A stretch of DNA of 64,000 bases from Eledone cirrhosa (Eukaryota): positions 49,972,001 to 50,036,000 of the forward strand of contig OZ024741.1 in the NCBI GenBank assembly GCA_964016885.1, read 5' to 3'. The notes under the pieces were generated by a model. It saw only the letters and a list, made by a program, of their open reading frames with translations. It was not told the origin of the DNA and did no database searches. This document shows positions 38,791 through 52,200 of this stretch, one piece after another. Positions within the stretch are counted from its first letter, which is position 1. Each line of letters opens with the position of its first letter. Position numbers and translations under genes: made by a program.

Positions 38791-40920
38791 CTATCCGTTA
38801 GGGTATAACGTGGGGCTGTAATACAGGAAAGTTTTGTGCAATTTATGTTTACAAGCCGAGATTGCCTCAGATTTTTTGTTTAAGATGTGGTCTGTGGCGT
38901 AGAGCATTTCCAGGGCCTCAGCGGCGCAGAGGTCACATGGTCTTTTATTTCCGTAATACGATCTAGCCCTAGCTAGGATCTCCCAGTGTAACTTATATTG
39001 GGTGTGGTTGTCTTTTAGACTCCAGATATAAGCTGAAAGTGACATCATATTCCTTCTTAGAGGGTAACGAAAAGAATGGGTATGCATGTAAAGACGCTGC
39101 TTGAAACTATTGGCGGTTAACCCTATGTAGGCCCTACGGGACGTGGGTGTTACAACCTTACATTTGTAGACAATGTTACTAGAGAGGCATTTCCCGGATA
39201 GGGGGCAATCAGCCCGATTCCTACAATTTCAGTTAGTACTAACTACAGGGTTGCACGTGTTCCTACGGCTAGGTAGTTTAGCTAAATTGGAAGCTGTGAT
39301 GTTATGTGCAAGGTTAGGAGTCGTAGAGTAAGAAATTTTAATAGTATTTCTATTAAAAATTTTACTATAGTTATGTGTAGGGGGGAAATGCATCGTAATA
39401 AGGGAAAGAAAGATCTTAGCTAATGGTGTGGCCACCTCCATATTATATGGTGGGTTAAACCAACAAATGCGACGGGATCTATTTCTACTAGGTCGATTTT
39501 CGTACTCTGTATATGCTACCTTATCGACAAATCCACTTCGAGCAAGAGCTTCATTGTAATAAGTGGAATGGTCGTTGAAAATGCGCTCGTTGGTGGAAAG
39601 ACGGGAAAGCCTCAACGAAACGTTTTTTACCAGGTTCTTGGTTATGCTGGCAGGATGGTTGGAATGCTTACTTATGTAATTAAGCGTATCATTCGGCTTT
39701 CTATACGGGTAATACAACCCATTCAATAAATTGAGGGTAACGTCGAGGTAATTAACGACCGAGAGATTGGCCTCAACCTGTATAGAGAGGTTGAAGCCTT
39801 TAAAGAAGGCTGTGAGTTCTTTTCTGAACCTGTCGCAAGCACGAGGTCTGCACTTAGTCATGGTCAAAAGACCATCGTCACGGTACAAACCACCGCCCGC
39901 GTTGGGGAATTCGTCCTTGATAGAGAAAAGAAGGAAAAGGCCAATAAGATCAGTAACCTCCGCAGAGTCACTGGCGCCCATACTCATGTCGAATGGAGTA
40001 CTATTGGATTTTTTAATCCAAATAGAGTCGTCGAAATTAATCACCGACTTTCGGGCATTAAGGATGACATCAACTTCGAAATCCTTAACCACTGTGAGTG
40101 TTTTAGCGAAATTGATAGCTCTAAGGAGAAGTGGTAAAGTGATGGACGAGTAGTAATTGTTGATGTCGAATTGGATAAAACGGCAATGTTCCTTGTTACA
40201 TATGCCGCTGAACCAATCAATCACCGCGAAAGAATTGTTCCACAGTGCGAGAGGGGCCAAACTTCTAATTTCAGGTATAATTCTATCAAGAATCGTTTTA
40301 CTAAGTCTACCTAAATCGGACTTCGTAGGGTTAATAAGCCGAATAGAGGGGTTGTTCGGAAAATTGGATTTGTGATCCTTCAGGGTAAAGTGGGGAGAGA
40401 TAGGGTCCAGAGGTTCGGTCCGGTCCAGGATGTTGAGATCAGATGTGATTTTAAACCCAGCATCGTTGATTTCATTGATGACACACCGATTAGTTTTACG
40501 GTAATCCTTAGTTACAGCATTATGTAGTAGTTGATGGTAAGTACTGCGCTCCACTTGATATAGGTTGCCAGTTTTGTCGGAATGGGCGTGCACGGCGTTA
40601 GAATCCTTAATAGAACGAATTCTATTCTTCAGGTCTTGCTGGAAGGAATTGCTCCTATACCGAAATTTGATACTCCGAATGAGTTCCAAGACATCATTTT
40701 CGAAGGGTAGCAATGCTGGGTTCTACGGAGGGTTATTATAGGTTTTAAATCCAAATTTATCCTGTTTGTTGTCTGCTTTTCGCGGATTATCGAAATAAAA
40801 GGCACGCCAACGCAACCTTTTAATGAACGCGTCTGTTTTCTGTATCAGGAATTTTAGGTATGTTTTCCTGCTTGGTACGGGTATGTTCTTTGTAGAAATA
40901 TTCAGATGTTGTTTCTGCAT
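38791..40920 (-). pseudogene. Hydra-type PLE ORF of about 710 codons (RT + CxC linker + GIY-YIG lacking CCHH), with in-frame TAG (40723) and TGA (39229)
   Basis: STKNIPVPS, SDKTGN, QFDINNYYSSI, MGA, LYRDDGL, YRKPN, WFNPPY, VYKC..YIG and CDLC motifs; the three ORFs share one frame. Confidence 0.9.
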
Positions 40921-41250
40921 GATGAATATAAGTCAGTAGAGTGCTCAACCGAAGGAGCCAAATAGTAATAATAATAAAATTGAAGACTAAAATCCAAAGA
41001 GGGCTCGATAAGGAAAATATATATCAAATATATAAGAACCGTAGAGCAAATATTTATTAAAATAACAGATTATAGTTTAAGCAAAGAATCGCTGCTTTCA
41101 CCCTTAACGGGATCTTCTGAAACTAACAAAGTCAATCTGTAAACGCAGAACTGGATATTTCAAAAAACGTTGCAACCGGAGGAAGACAGGAAGATGATAC
41201 TTTGGTTCGTGGAAACGTTCGCTGGCAAAGAACGGGGAAAAACAAATAAT

Positions 41251-41628
41251 TGTTTCTACTTTAGGCACAAGGCTAGCAATTACCCAGTGCATTACTGGTA
41301 CTTTATTTTATCGACCCCGTAAGGATGAAAGGCAAAGTCAACCTCGGCGGGATTTGAACTCAGATCGTAAAGGGACGTAACTATGCTGGAAAGCATGACG
41401 TCCGACCCGCCACCGATACTGCCAATCCACCGAAAAAACAAATAATTGTTTCTACTTTAGGCACAAGGCCAGCAATAACCCAGTGCATTACTGGTACTTT
41501 ATTTTATCGACCCCGTAAGGATGAAAGGCAAAGTCAACCTCGGCGGGATTTGAACTCAGATCGTAAAGGGACGTAACTATGCTGGAAAGCATGGCGTCCG
41601 ACCCTCTACCGATACTGCCAATCCACCG
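41251..41628 (-). mobile_element. Two tandem tRNA-derived SINE copies inserted in the PLE pLTR
   Basis: Copies at 41251-41432 and 41446-41628; target AACAAATAAT present three times; absent from the other two pLTRs. Confidence 0.9.
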
Positions 41629-42516
41629 AACAAATAATACGTCATTAATAGGAGCGGTGAAAAACAATTACGCGCAAAGACAGAACCACATTTATGGTAT
41701 AAAAGAGGTCGTAGACTAATGTTCTCTTAGGTGGTGCATAGAGACGTTCTCTGGCAATGAACGAAAAAACGAAGATAATAAGTCATATGTGGAGCGTGGA
41801 GATAGCACGCAAAGACAAAACCGCGTAAATGGTATAGCAGAAGTTGTAGACTAAAATTCTAACTAGGAGACCAAATGAATCTCCGCTACAGAGTTAAGAA
41901 CAAAGTAAATAAATACAATACAGAAGTAATAGAAACAAATAAATACATACACGCAAACAATTACGTACATTCACATACATACGCAAAACCTTACCATAGG
42001 TATACAAAACCACGCACATATAAATATGTGTGTGTGTGTATGCTTGTGTACAAATAAATAAATAATTATATAAACGTATATAAGTAAATAAATAAGTATA
42101 TAACAAGCGCACACACATACCTACAAATAAATACACGAATGTTCGGAGACGTAAGTCAACTAAAACAGGAAGTACACATATACACTCACCCACCATACGT
42201 ACGAACCTGCATACTCACGCAGACGCAAAACTCCTGTATACACATAGCCAAACCCTAAATACCAGAATATGTAAAAATTATACGCCATAACAGTCAAATA
42301 TACGTACGAGAAGGTATACATACCTTCACAAAACATACGGGTAATATATACTTACCTATGCAAATAAGTAAAGGAATAAACAAAACATATACTTAGCTCC
42401 CACATCAAGACGTAAAATATCCACGTATAGATCGTGCTATCCGTTAGGGTATAACGTGGGGCTGTAATACAGGAAAGTTTTGTGCAATTTATGTTTACAA
42501 GCCGAGATTGCCTCAG

Positions 42517-43241
42517 CATATACAGAGTACGAAAATCGACCTAGTAGAAATAGATCCCGTCGCATTTGTTGGTTTAACCCACCATATAATATGGAGGTGG
42601 CCACACCATTAGCTAAGATCTTTCTTTCTCTTATTACGATGCATTTTCCCCCTACACATAAATATAGTAAAATTTTTAATAGAAATACTATTAAAATTTC
42701 TTACTCTACGACTCCTAACCTTGCACATAACATCACAGCTTCAAATTTAGCTAAACTACCTAGCCGTAGGAACACGTGCAACCCTGTAGTTAGTACTAAC
42801 TGTAATTGTAGGAATCGGGCTGATTGCCCCCTATCCGGGAAATGCCTCTCTAGTAACATTGTCTACAAATGTAAGATTGTAACACCCACATCCCGTAGGG
42901 CCTACATAGGGTTAACCGCCAATAGTTTCAAGCAGCGTCTTTACATGCATACCCATTCTTTTCGTTACCCTCTAAGAAGGAATATGACGTCACTTTCAGC
43001 TTATATCTGGAGTCTAAAAGACAACCACACCCAATATAAGTTACACTGGGAGATCCTAGCTAGGGCTAGATCGTATTACGGAAATAAAAGACCATGTGAC
43101 CTCTGCGCCGCTGAGGCCCTGGAAATGCTCTACGCCACAGACCACATCTTAAACAAAAAATCTGAGGCAATCTCGGCTTGTAAACATAAATTGCACAAAA
43201 CTTTCCTGTATTACAGCCCCACGTTATACCCTAACGGATAG
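42517..43241 (+). pseudogene. Inverted C-terminal PLE ORF fragment (linker + GIY-YIG)
   Basis: Near-identical to 39517-38791. Confidence 0.9.
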
Positions 43242-44169
43242 CACGATCTATACGTGGATATTTTACGTCTTGATGTGGGAGCTAAGTATATGTTTTGTTT
43301 ATTCCTTTACTTATTTGCTTAGGTAAGTATATATTACCCGTATGTTTTGTGAAGGTATGTATACCTTCTCGTACGTATATTTGACTGTTATGGCGTATAA
43401 TTTTTACATATTCTGGTATTTAGGGTTTGGCTATGTGTATACGGGTGTTTTGCGTCTGCGTGAGTATGCAGGTTCGTACGTATGGTGGGTGTGTGTATAT
43501 GTGTACTTCCTGTTTTAGTTGACTTACGTCTCCGAACATTCGTGTATTTATTTGTAGGTATGTGTGTGCGCTTGTTATATACTTATTTATTTACTTATAT
43601 ACGTTTATATAATTATTTATTTATTTGTACACAAGCATACACACACACACATATTTATATGTGCGTGGTTTTGTATACCTATGGTAAGGTTTTGCGTATG
43701 TATGTGTATGTACGTAATTGTTTGCGTGTATGTATTTATTTGTTTCTATTACTTCTGTATTGTATTTATTTACTTTGTTCTTAACTCTGTAGCGGAGATT
43801 CATTTGGTCTCCTAGTTAGAATTTTAGTCTACAACTTCTGCTATACCATTTACGTGGTTTTGTCTTTGCGTGCTATTGTTCTCCACGCTCCACATATGAC
43901 TTATTATCTTCGTTTTTTCGTTCATTGCCAGAGAATGTCTCTATGCACCACCTAAGAGAACATTAGTCTACGACCTCTTTTATACCATAAACGTGGTTCT
44001 GTCTTTGCGCGTAATTGTTTTTCACCGCTCCTATTAATGACGTATTATTTGTTTTTTCCCGTTCTTTGCCAGCGAACGTTTCCACGAACCAAAGTATCGT
44101 CTTCCTGTCTTCCTCCGGTTGCAACGTTTTTTGAAATATCCAGTTCTGCGTTTACAGATTGACTTTGTT

Positions 44170-44220
44170 AGTTTCAGAAGATCCCGTTAAGGGTGAAAGC
44201 AGCGATTCTTTGCTTAAACT
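44170..44220 (+). ncRNA. Hammerhead-like motif with CAGAAGA core (minus-strand copies at 20117-20167, 37812-37862 and 41074-41124)
   Basis: AGUUU-CAGAAGA-UCCC(GUUAA)GGGU-GAA-AGCAG(loop)UUGCU-U-AAACU. Confidence 0.6.
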
Positions 44221-44333
44221 TTAATCTGTTATTTTAATAAATATTTGCTCTACGGTTCTTATATATTTGATATATATTTTCCTTATCGAGCCCTCTTTGA
44301 ATTTTAGTCTTCAATTTTATTATTATTACTATA

Positions 44334-44385
<52 letters not shown>

Positions 44386-44386
<1 letters not shown>

Positions 44387-45357
44387 TAGGTGAATTGCCC
44401 GGGTTACTGCTGTTTTTATTATTCAGATTAGTAAAGATAAATATGAAGATGTGTTTTTATCTCATAATTATTTCAAAATATCAAAATTGTAATGATAATA
44501 GAATTTAGGAATGAAAATCTGTCAATCTTGAAGCACTTCAGGGTGAACAATATTCATTGTGTAATTTTTTGTTGGTGTCCAAATGAATAAATTATTGCAA
44601 CACACTCACACACATACATATACTAAGACAGACACACACAGACATACATTCATGCAGACACATGCATAGCTTTTTACCTCATTTTTGGTCAGTTGCTACA
44701 TATGTGTAGATGTGTGTGTGTATTTAATCACGTACCTAATGAACGCGCACACACACACACTCACAGACACATACATATTCATATACAAATGTGACAAAGG
44801 TGTTTTGTTTTCTATTGTTTTAATGTAAATGAAAATAAAAATTATCGCACATACACTCACACACATATATACTCACATATACACTCACATACATACACTC
44901 TCACATACACTCACACATGCATACACACATACACTCTCACACACACTCACATACATATACTAAGACAGAAACACACAGACATACATTCATGCGCACCTGT
45001 CTGTCATCACATATGTATCTGTATGTGTAGATGTGTGTGTGTGTTTAATTGTCTGTGTGTGAAGATAATGTGTAAGCGACTTACGTAGTAACGAACTCGC
45101 AAACACACTCACAGACACATACACACTCATATACAAAATGTGACTCGTCGTCGTCATGGTTTACTATAGTTCACTATAGAAATCTTATTTTAGATAAAAT
45201 GTTATATCTTTTTAATCCAAATGAAAATAAAAATTACATGTTGACACTCCCGGGGTCTAATACCTTGTAAAATTTGATTTGATTTGGCCCAGCCATTTGA
45301 GAATGCATAGGAACAGACAGACGGACAGAAAGAGAGACAAAGAATGTTATATATAGA
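44386..45357 (-). mobile_element. Non-autonomous Helitron-like element
   Basis: 5' TCTATATATAA..(TGTC)n and 3' CTAG|T on the minus strand. Confidence 0.65.
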
Positions 45358-45367
45358 TATATAGATA

Positions 45368-45930
45368 TATCAAAAGAATATATTGAGTTAAAAAATTCAC
45401 ATTAGTCCCTTATAATCAAAATAGCTCAAGGAAAAGAAATTGTGAGCCTGATAATACAATAAAGAGAGACAAACACAGATATATACATATATGCGTTCAA
45501 ATCACAAGGGACGCAAACCGCCAGGGTGAAGAAAATACTGACTAAAGATAATACGGTTCACAAGACTCAATTAAAAGGATAAATTTACAAACTGATTATG
45601 ATAACTATCAACATCCAGACAGCTTTGGAGAGAGTTAAAGATCCAATGCTCTTCAGTAGAAGTTCGGATCAGTAATCACTCCCCTGCTAAATTCCTTAGA
45701 AGACTAAATAATGTGCGTGTGTTAAGAGAGAAAAAAACGCACATGGTATCGCGCGCCTACCGGGTCGAATAGAACATAAGCTACTAGAAAATAACAGCCT
45801 GATCCATTCAAACATATTAAAAGCTCGAGAAAAGCATAGGAGCTCAATTTACGTTCCTTGTGATTTGAACGCATATTTGTATATATGTGTTTGTCTCTCT
45901 TTATTGTATTATAAGGCTCAGAAATTTTTA
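45368..45930. mobile_element. Non-coding PLE-like fold-back with a degenerate hammerhead (about 45612-45660, minus)
   Basis: 45435-45520 inverted at 45846-45930; UCUA-CUGAAGA...CAAA-GCUG-UC-UGGA; TA flanks. Confidence 0.55.
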
Positions 45931-45986
45931 TTGTATATATATATATATATATGCGAGAAAAACCACAAACCCTCCATCTCAATTCT

Positions 45987-46024
45987 ACTTTTGAAAAGCA
46001 CAAGAACTGCGAAACCGGTAAAGG
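45987..46024 (+). ncRNA. Third, slightly degenerate U3-A8 hammerhead (family B pLTR fragment 45952-46092)
   Basis: ACUU-UUGAAAA-GCAC(AAGAA)CUGC-GAAACCGGUA-AAGG. Confidence 0.65.
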
Positions 46025-46109
46025 AACCAAATAAATATATATTTTTTTTAAAAAGACTCCAGTTGCATTTTCGATTTCATCTTTTTTCCTTATATATATA
46101 TATATTTAG

Positions 46110-47020
46110 TTATTAGGAGTATTCCAAAGCTTGGTAGAACAAGTTGTGAGGAAAGTTCTCAACATACGTTAAGGTGACTCGACAGGTTGGTAGGGATTCT
46201 GTAGTGGAAACACGAACAAACGAGGAGTGTAATCAAAGAAGAGAAATAGGACGAAGGTAAACAGTTACAAAAGAATTTAATCCACGTATTAACAATTGTT
46301 TCATCAGAATTTCAGTCCATTATTGCTACACTATGTTATAATAGGCAATCAAGAAAGATACTGTGGCATCCGAATTTTCAAAATACAAAGTTGGAATGAC
46401 CTTAGGAAATGAAATAAGGGGTAGTAGTGTAAGATAGAGGAACAGAGAGAGGGAGAGGGGCAAAAGAGAGGGAGAGAGAGAGAGAAAAGGGATAGAGGTA
46501 GGGAGAGAAAGAGAAAGAGATAGTGTGGTGTGAGAGGATTTGTATAGGGAGGGGGAGGAGGGTTGTGTGCGAAAAGTTGTGATGAGTAGAGGGAGAGAGA
46601 AGGAAGATAGAATTTTAAGAGGCATTTGGAAGTGGACAGGCGAAAGTCTTACCAGAGAACAGATGAAGGAAGAAAGTATTAAATTTCATATATAGTCTAT
46701 TTTTAGGGTGTAGAATTGTTATTTAGGGTAGAAAGATAGGTAGTGTTAGGATTTGGTTGAAGTGTGAGAATTTCGCTTTCAGTTTATGCTGGCGAAAAAT
46801 TGACCTTTCAATTTGTTGTTGAGTAGTTGGTGGCTTGAGCTTAGAATATGGAAGAGCTCATTATTACACAACGGGCACGTTTTCATCCCACTCCGGTATG
46901 GAGGAGCATGTGAGAGTTTGGTCCATTTAAGGGTGTATTGTCGGTTACTCCCTTTTAAGTGCCAAATTTTGTCGGCGAGAGTCGTTACGTAACGGTGTTG
47001 GTGGTACTTTATTGCGTAAC
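46110..47020 (-). mobile_element. Hydra-type PLE 3' remnant
   Basis: TTLADKIWHLKG..YTLKW...CPLCNNE...LLN at 46800-46985, followed by a 3' UTR. Confidence 0.7.
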
Positions 47021-47159
47021 GATATATATATATATATATAAATTATGAAAAAAATAATGAATAAACAAAGAAACAGTTCCTTATATTAAAAAAAAAATTT
47101 TTTTAATTTTTATATTAAAAAAATATATATATATATATATGCAAAAGTTTTATTTAAGA

Positions 47160-48114
47160 CTAGCAGTAAAGCCCGGCGTTGCTCGGGGTCGCTCAGTAGC
47201 TGTGTTAAAGTTACAATGTTAAGTTTCTTTTTTGCTTAAAAACTGTAGTGTCTACTGTGCAGACTTGCATGTGGTGTTTTTGATTAATATTCCCTCAACC
47301 AACAATATGCCTTATGAAGTTAAGAAAACATAACGATAACCCGAATGTTATAACAAAAGAGGATGCTGGGGATAAAAACTGCACTGGTTATTTATTAACA
47401 AAGATCGAAATGTAAACACTGCAACGCAGAGAAAAACATTAGCGTAACCAAATTATCAGTTATGTCTGTCTGCACGCCTATATCACCTCTCTGCACGACT
47501 ATCTGTCTGCACGCGTATATCACCTCTCTGCACGACTGTCTGTCTGCACGCGTATATCACCTCTCTGCACGACTGTCTGTCTGCACGCCTAACGAAATTT
47601 ACAGATACATATATTTTAAATAAACTTATATAATTTTTGCTTTTTTTTACGAAATATTTGCTTGTTTTACGTAGTCTTTAAATAGACTTGTTTTCAAGTA
47701 AAAATATTGTTTTAAAAGGCTTTTAAATGGAAATGAAGTAAAACGGAAGCTTAGTGTTCGAACTGATGAATTTTGCAGGTCAAAATTTGCTGGCTCGACA
47801 ACTGTTCGTGTATTGTGTTAATGTCATTTTAAACGCTGAGAAAGCCAGCGTAATTTTTTTAATTTTTGCACGCAGACGCTCAATGTAAACAGAACAAAGG
47901 GAAATAACTGATCACTTACGCTCAAAAATCGATACATTATATTCGATTTCGTCAGATAGGGCGGGTCAATTTGAAATATTTTTTTTCCGATGTCTTCGCT
48001 AGGGCTCAATGTACAAGTATAGCAATTTCGGTGCAATTCCGTGAGAGATTCTAAGAGGAGATGTGTGCCAAAAATCGATAGACAGACAGACAACCTCAGT
48101 TTTATATATATAGA
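47160..48114 (-). mobile_element. Non-autonomous Helitron-like element with a 37-bp tandem repeat (47463-47590)
   Basis: 5' TCTATATATATAAAACTG..(TGTC)n; 3' CCCGAGCAACGCCGGG + CTAG|T. Confidence 0.8.
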
Positions 48115-48179
48115 TTGTTGGGTTACGAGTAAATATTTTATAACTGATATAAAAGCACTCAACAGTTTCTGGAGTAGGT

Positions 48180-48540
48180 TTACGATATTAAACAAATGGA
48201 AAAAACTATATTTATAAAACCATATTTATTTCGTTATATATATTTCTGGGATATCATATTAAAAATATGGTATGCCTTCTTCAGACAAAATACAATACAT
48301 AAGCTGTTTTATAAATAATTAGTGACATACCTTGTAATAATGCAACTTCCTTTTAAAAATCAACTTTTTAAAAGGAAGTTGCATTATTACAAGGTATGTC
48401 ACTAATTATTTATAAAACAGCTTATGTATTGTATTTTGTCTGAGGAAGGCATACCATATTTTTAATATGATATCCCAGAAATATATATAACGAAATAAAT
48501 ATGGTTTTATAAATATAGTTTCCATTTGTTTAATATCGTA
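48180..48540. repeat. Near-perfect palindrome with arms of about 180 bp, centred near 48361
   Basis: CAACTTCCTTTTAAAAA tcaac TTTTTAAAAGGAAGTTG centre; left part homologous to 31440-31550. Confidence 0.9.
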
Positions 48541-49040
48541 TATATATATATATGTATATATATATATGCAATAATATAGCCTTATAATACAATAAAGATA
48601 TATATATGTATATATAATATTTTTCAAAATATTAATAAATGAAAAATATTCTCATAACCATATTTTATTTCAAAGGTACAATGGTGTTTCAGTACGTTTT
48701 CATCACATAAAATATATGAGAGATTAGATATGCGACATACCGCTACGGTTTTGATTATTCAATTCCTGTAGTGGCAGTGATTTATTTCACCAACCCTCAA
48801 CATTTTTATACCGCAAATAATATGATAAACTTAGAGAAGAAGAGGACGTAAAGCAAAGTAGAAATATAGAAGGGGAGTTGAAGGGGAAGGTGTGAAGAAA
48901 AAATAAGTAAAAGAAGAAAAGGGAAGATGCAGAGAGAAAAAAAGAAAGGAAATAAAGAACAGAAGAAAAAAGGAAAGATGCGGAGAGAAAAGAAGGGAAA
49001 TAAAGAAAAACGAAGAAAAGGAAAAGGAAAGGATAAAATA

Positions 49041-49240
49041 NNNNNNNNNNNNNNNNNNNNNNNNNNNNNNNNNNNNNNNNNNNNNNNNNNNNNNNNNNNN
49101 NNNNNNNNNNNNNNNNNNNNNNNNNNNNNNNNNNNNNNNNNNNNNNNNNNNNNNNNNNNNNNNNNNNNNNNNNNNNNNNNNNNNNNNNNNNNNNNNNNNN
49201 NNNNNNNNNNNNNNNNNNNNNNNNNNNNNNNNNNNNNNNN
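49041..49240. other. Assembly gap (200 N)
   Basis: Run of N. Confidence 1.
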
Positions 49241-52200
49241 GTGTTTCAGATGACGTGCTTTATAGTAATAATAATGAAATTATTGTGTACAGTGCTCAGG
49301 TGCACTACAACTCGTCAAAGGTGCATGTATAGTACATAGAATAATATACAAATGTCAGGGAAATGAATAGTGTATGAGTCATGATATACATGTGTGCGCG
49401 TGTATGGAGGGGGAATATCAAGTGTAGTTTTGGCGAATCTCAGCAAGCATCGAGGTTTTAAAGAATGCAGTGTCTCGACAGCTAACAACTGATGCAGGGA
49501 GTTTGTTACATGCTTCAGCAACTCTGAGCGTGAAAAAATGTTTCCGAAAGTCATGGGAGCTGTGCTGTTTTCTGACTTTATTGGCATGCCCACGTGTGTT
49601 AGACACATGGAAATCAAAAAGGTACTCAGGGTTGTTGTTGGCAAGATGGTTAATAACTTTGTGGGTGCTTACAAAGTCAGTTGCCAGACGTCGGAGCTTC
49701 AATGTATCCATGCCCAGGGAAGTAAGGCGTTCAGAGTATGGTAGATGCCTGATGGAGAGTATTTGCTTGGTTGCACGTCTCTGAACAGTTTCCAGGCGGT
49801 CAATGTTCTTGGCAAGATAGGGGTTCCAGACTGGTGATGCAAATTCTAAGTGTGGCCACACTACAGCTATATACAGCTTTAAATAGATAGCTGGAGAGCG
49901 GCTGACAAAGGTCTTGCTGAGTGATGGATGCTAAGACACCCTCCGCCTTCTTGACAATTTTAGAGATCTGCTTTGTCCAACGCAAATCGCTGCTGACAGT
50001 AATGCCCAGGTCACGTTCACAAAAAGACTTCTTGATTTAGTGTTTTGGAGGGAGTATGTGGATGCTGGGTTTTTACTCCCAAAATGCGTGGTGGTACACT
50101 TGTCCACAGCCAGCTTCAGTTGCCAGTCTGTGATCCATTGTTGCATTGTGTCCAAGTCAGATTGCAGGAAAGATCTATAGTATTCAGGATCTGTCCTTTA
50201 TATCTCAAGGTACAGCTTGATGTCATCTGCATATTTCAATACTGTGGCATTCTTTAAGTTGGCATCTATGTCATTAATATATGCCACAAACAAAAGGGGA
50301 CCAAGAACAGATCCCTGTGGTACACCAGATAACATCTCATATGGTGAGGAATGCTGTCCTAGAACCATGACTACCTCTCTTCGACTGAGAATGAAGGACT
50401 TCAACCAGTTAAAAAGATCATCCTTCACACCCATTGCAGAGAGTTTTGCCATAAGTCTTTTGTGTGGCACAGAATTGAAAACTTTAGCAAAGTCAAGGTA
50501 AACAACATCCACCCATGAGCTGCCATCAGTGATCCGGGTGATGTCTTCAAGAAACTCGATAAGTTTATCACAGCAGCTGGAGTTAGGGATAAATCCAAAT
50601 TGCGAGGGCCGATAAGACTGAGAGTTCAGGAAGTTCCAGAGCGTTTCTCTGACACAGGATTCCATCAGTAAGACTGACTGGACAATAGTTCACAGGTGAT
50701 GTGCGGTCACCCATTTTGAACAGAGGAATGACACTGGCAGTTTTCCACTGTTCTGGAGTAACACCGTTGTTCAGACAGAATTGGAAGAAGCATGATAGCT
50801 GGTGCAGAAGGAAGTACCCACCACGTTTGAGAAGCAGGTACGTAACACCATCAAGACCAGGAGAGGCATGGTTGCGTTTATTTTAAGGTGACATCGCAGC
50901 ATTGCAGCTGTAAATTCCATAGTTGTAATAGAATCTGGTGTTAGAGGTGGTGGAGACGGTACACTCTGGTCTTCAATAGTGAAAATGCCTGCATAGTATT
51001 CAGCAATGAGTTCTGTGCATTCCTTGGGGTCGTCAGTAACCTGGCTTGTGTGGGGATTGCGAAGAGGGCCAACTGGAGAGTTAGCCCTCTGCTTTGAGTG
51101 AACATACTTCCAGAACACCTTACTGCCAGGGCTAGTGGCTATGCGCTGCGCAAATTGAAGCACTGCCTTTTTTGTCACTTGTTTGAGATGGTTAGATGAT
51201 TTATTTTGCTTTTTCCTATTGATATCTGATTTATGCAGTTTGTACTCACGTTCAGTATTATGACATTCTTTTCTGGCAAGACGGACTGCTGCAGTCTCCC
51301 AAATTGCACTTTTGGGATGTTTTTTCCGCTTACGTGGCACCAATGCTGCACATGCTGTCCATATTGAGTTCAGGTTGTTCTGGAGTACAGTGTTAACATC
51401 TCCAGAGTCGTAGAATTCAAGCCAGTTTGGACGGTGCAGCTCGGTACAGTAACAGTTCCAGTCTGCTTTATTCCAGTCAAAGTGAACAGTTTGGAGATGG
51501 TTGTGGTTTTTGTTACTGCCCACGAGGGATTGGCAATTATCATAGCATGATCAGAGTCACCTAAAGGTTCCTCAGTAGTAACACTAATAACCGTTTCAGG
51601 AGTAATGGTGAAAAGTAGATCCAAAGTGTTGTCACCTCTTGTTGGGGAGGTGACTACTTGGGACTAGTTCGAGTCCAGCACTAGCTCAATGAAATCATTT
51701 GCACTTTGCAGCCAACGAAAGGTTTCCCAGTCAATCTCAGGGTGATTGAAGTCCCCTGCAATAAAAACATAAGTGGCTGTTTTCCTGGCAGCAGCTCTGA
51801 GGATATCACAAAGTTGAGTGCCCTGGTGATAATTTGGGGGGCGGTAAACGACTCCAAGTAGCAGTGTTGACATGGTCATACGTATATTGCAGAAAAATAC
51901 TTCTTGCTGCGATTGGCTCAAATCAACACAAAGAATTGCCGCAAAATTTGACCGAACGTAGACCATTACACCACCACCACCATGATTAATGCGGTCTTTG
52001 CGAAACAAGTTGTAGCCAGTTATGCTGAAAACCCCATCACAGAGTAAGGAATGTGTCCATGTTTCCATGACTGTAATGAAGTCAGGGTCGATACTTTTGA
52101 CGTAGGAGTCAAAAAGATGTATCTTATTGCATAGACTACGTGCATTCAAGGACAACAGTTTGTACTTTGATTCCAGTCTATGATTATGTGCAGGGGATGA

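Larger units (their letters stand above)
37791..44330. mobile_element. Hydra-type PLE: pLTR-ORF-pLTR on the minus strand (42515 to 37791) plus an inverted 5'-truncated copy (42516-44330)
   Basis: Three pLTR copies of about 1 kb (37791-38790, 41050-42436 with SINE insertions, 43242-44240); (TA)n flanks. Confidence 0.93.

Noticed and set aside
39229-39231. TGA at the first Cys of the CxC linker, as possible selenocysteine recoding
   Set aside because: The inverted sister copy from the same insertion has TGT (42801), the ORF also has a TAG at 40723, and no SECIS is evident. It is best read as a post-insertion mutation.
46285-46330. CTGATGA/GAAAC hammerhead-like words on the minus strand
   Set aside because: The words overlap, leaving no stem II, so it cannot be folded as a hammerhead.
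48927-49253. Lys-rich ORF
   Set aside because: Low-complexity purine tract running into the N gap.
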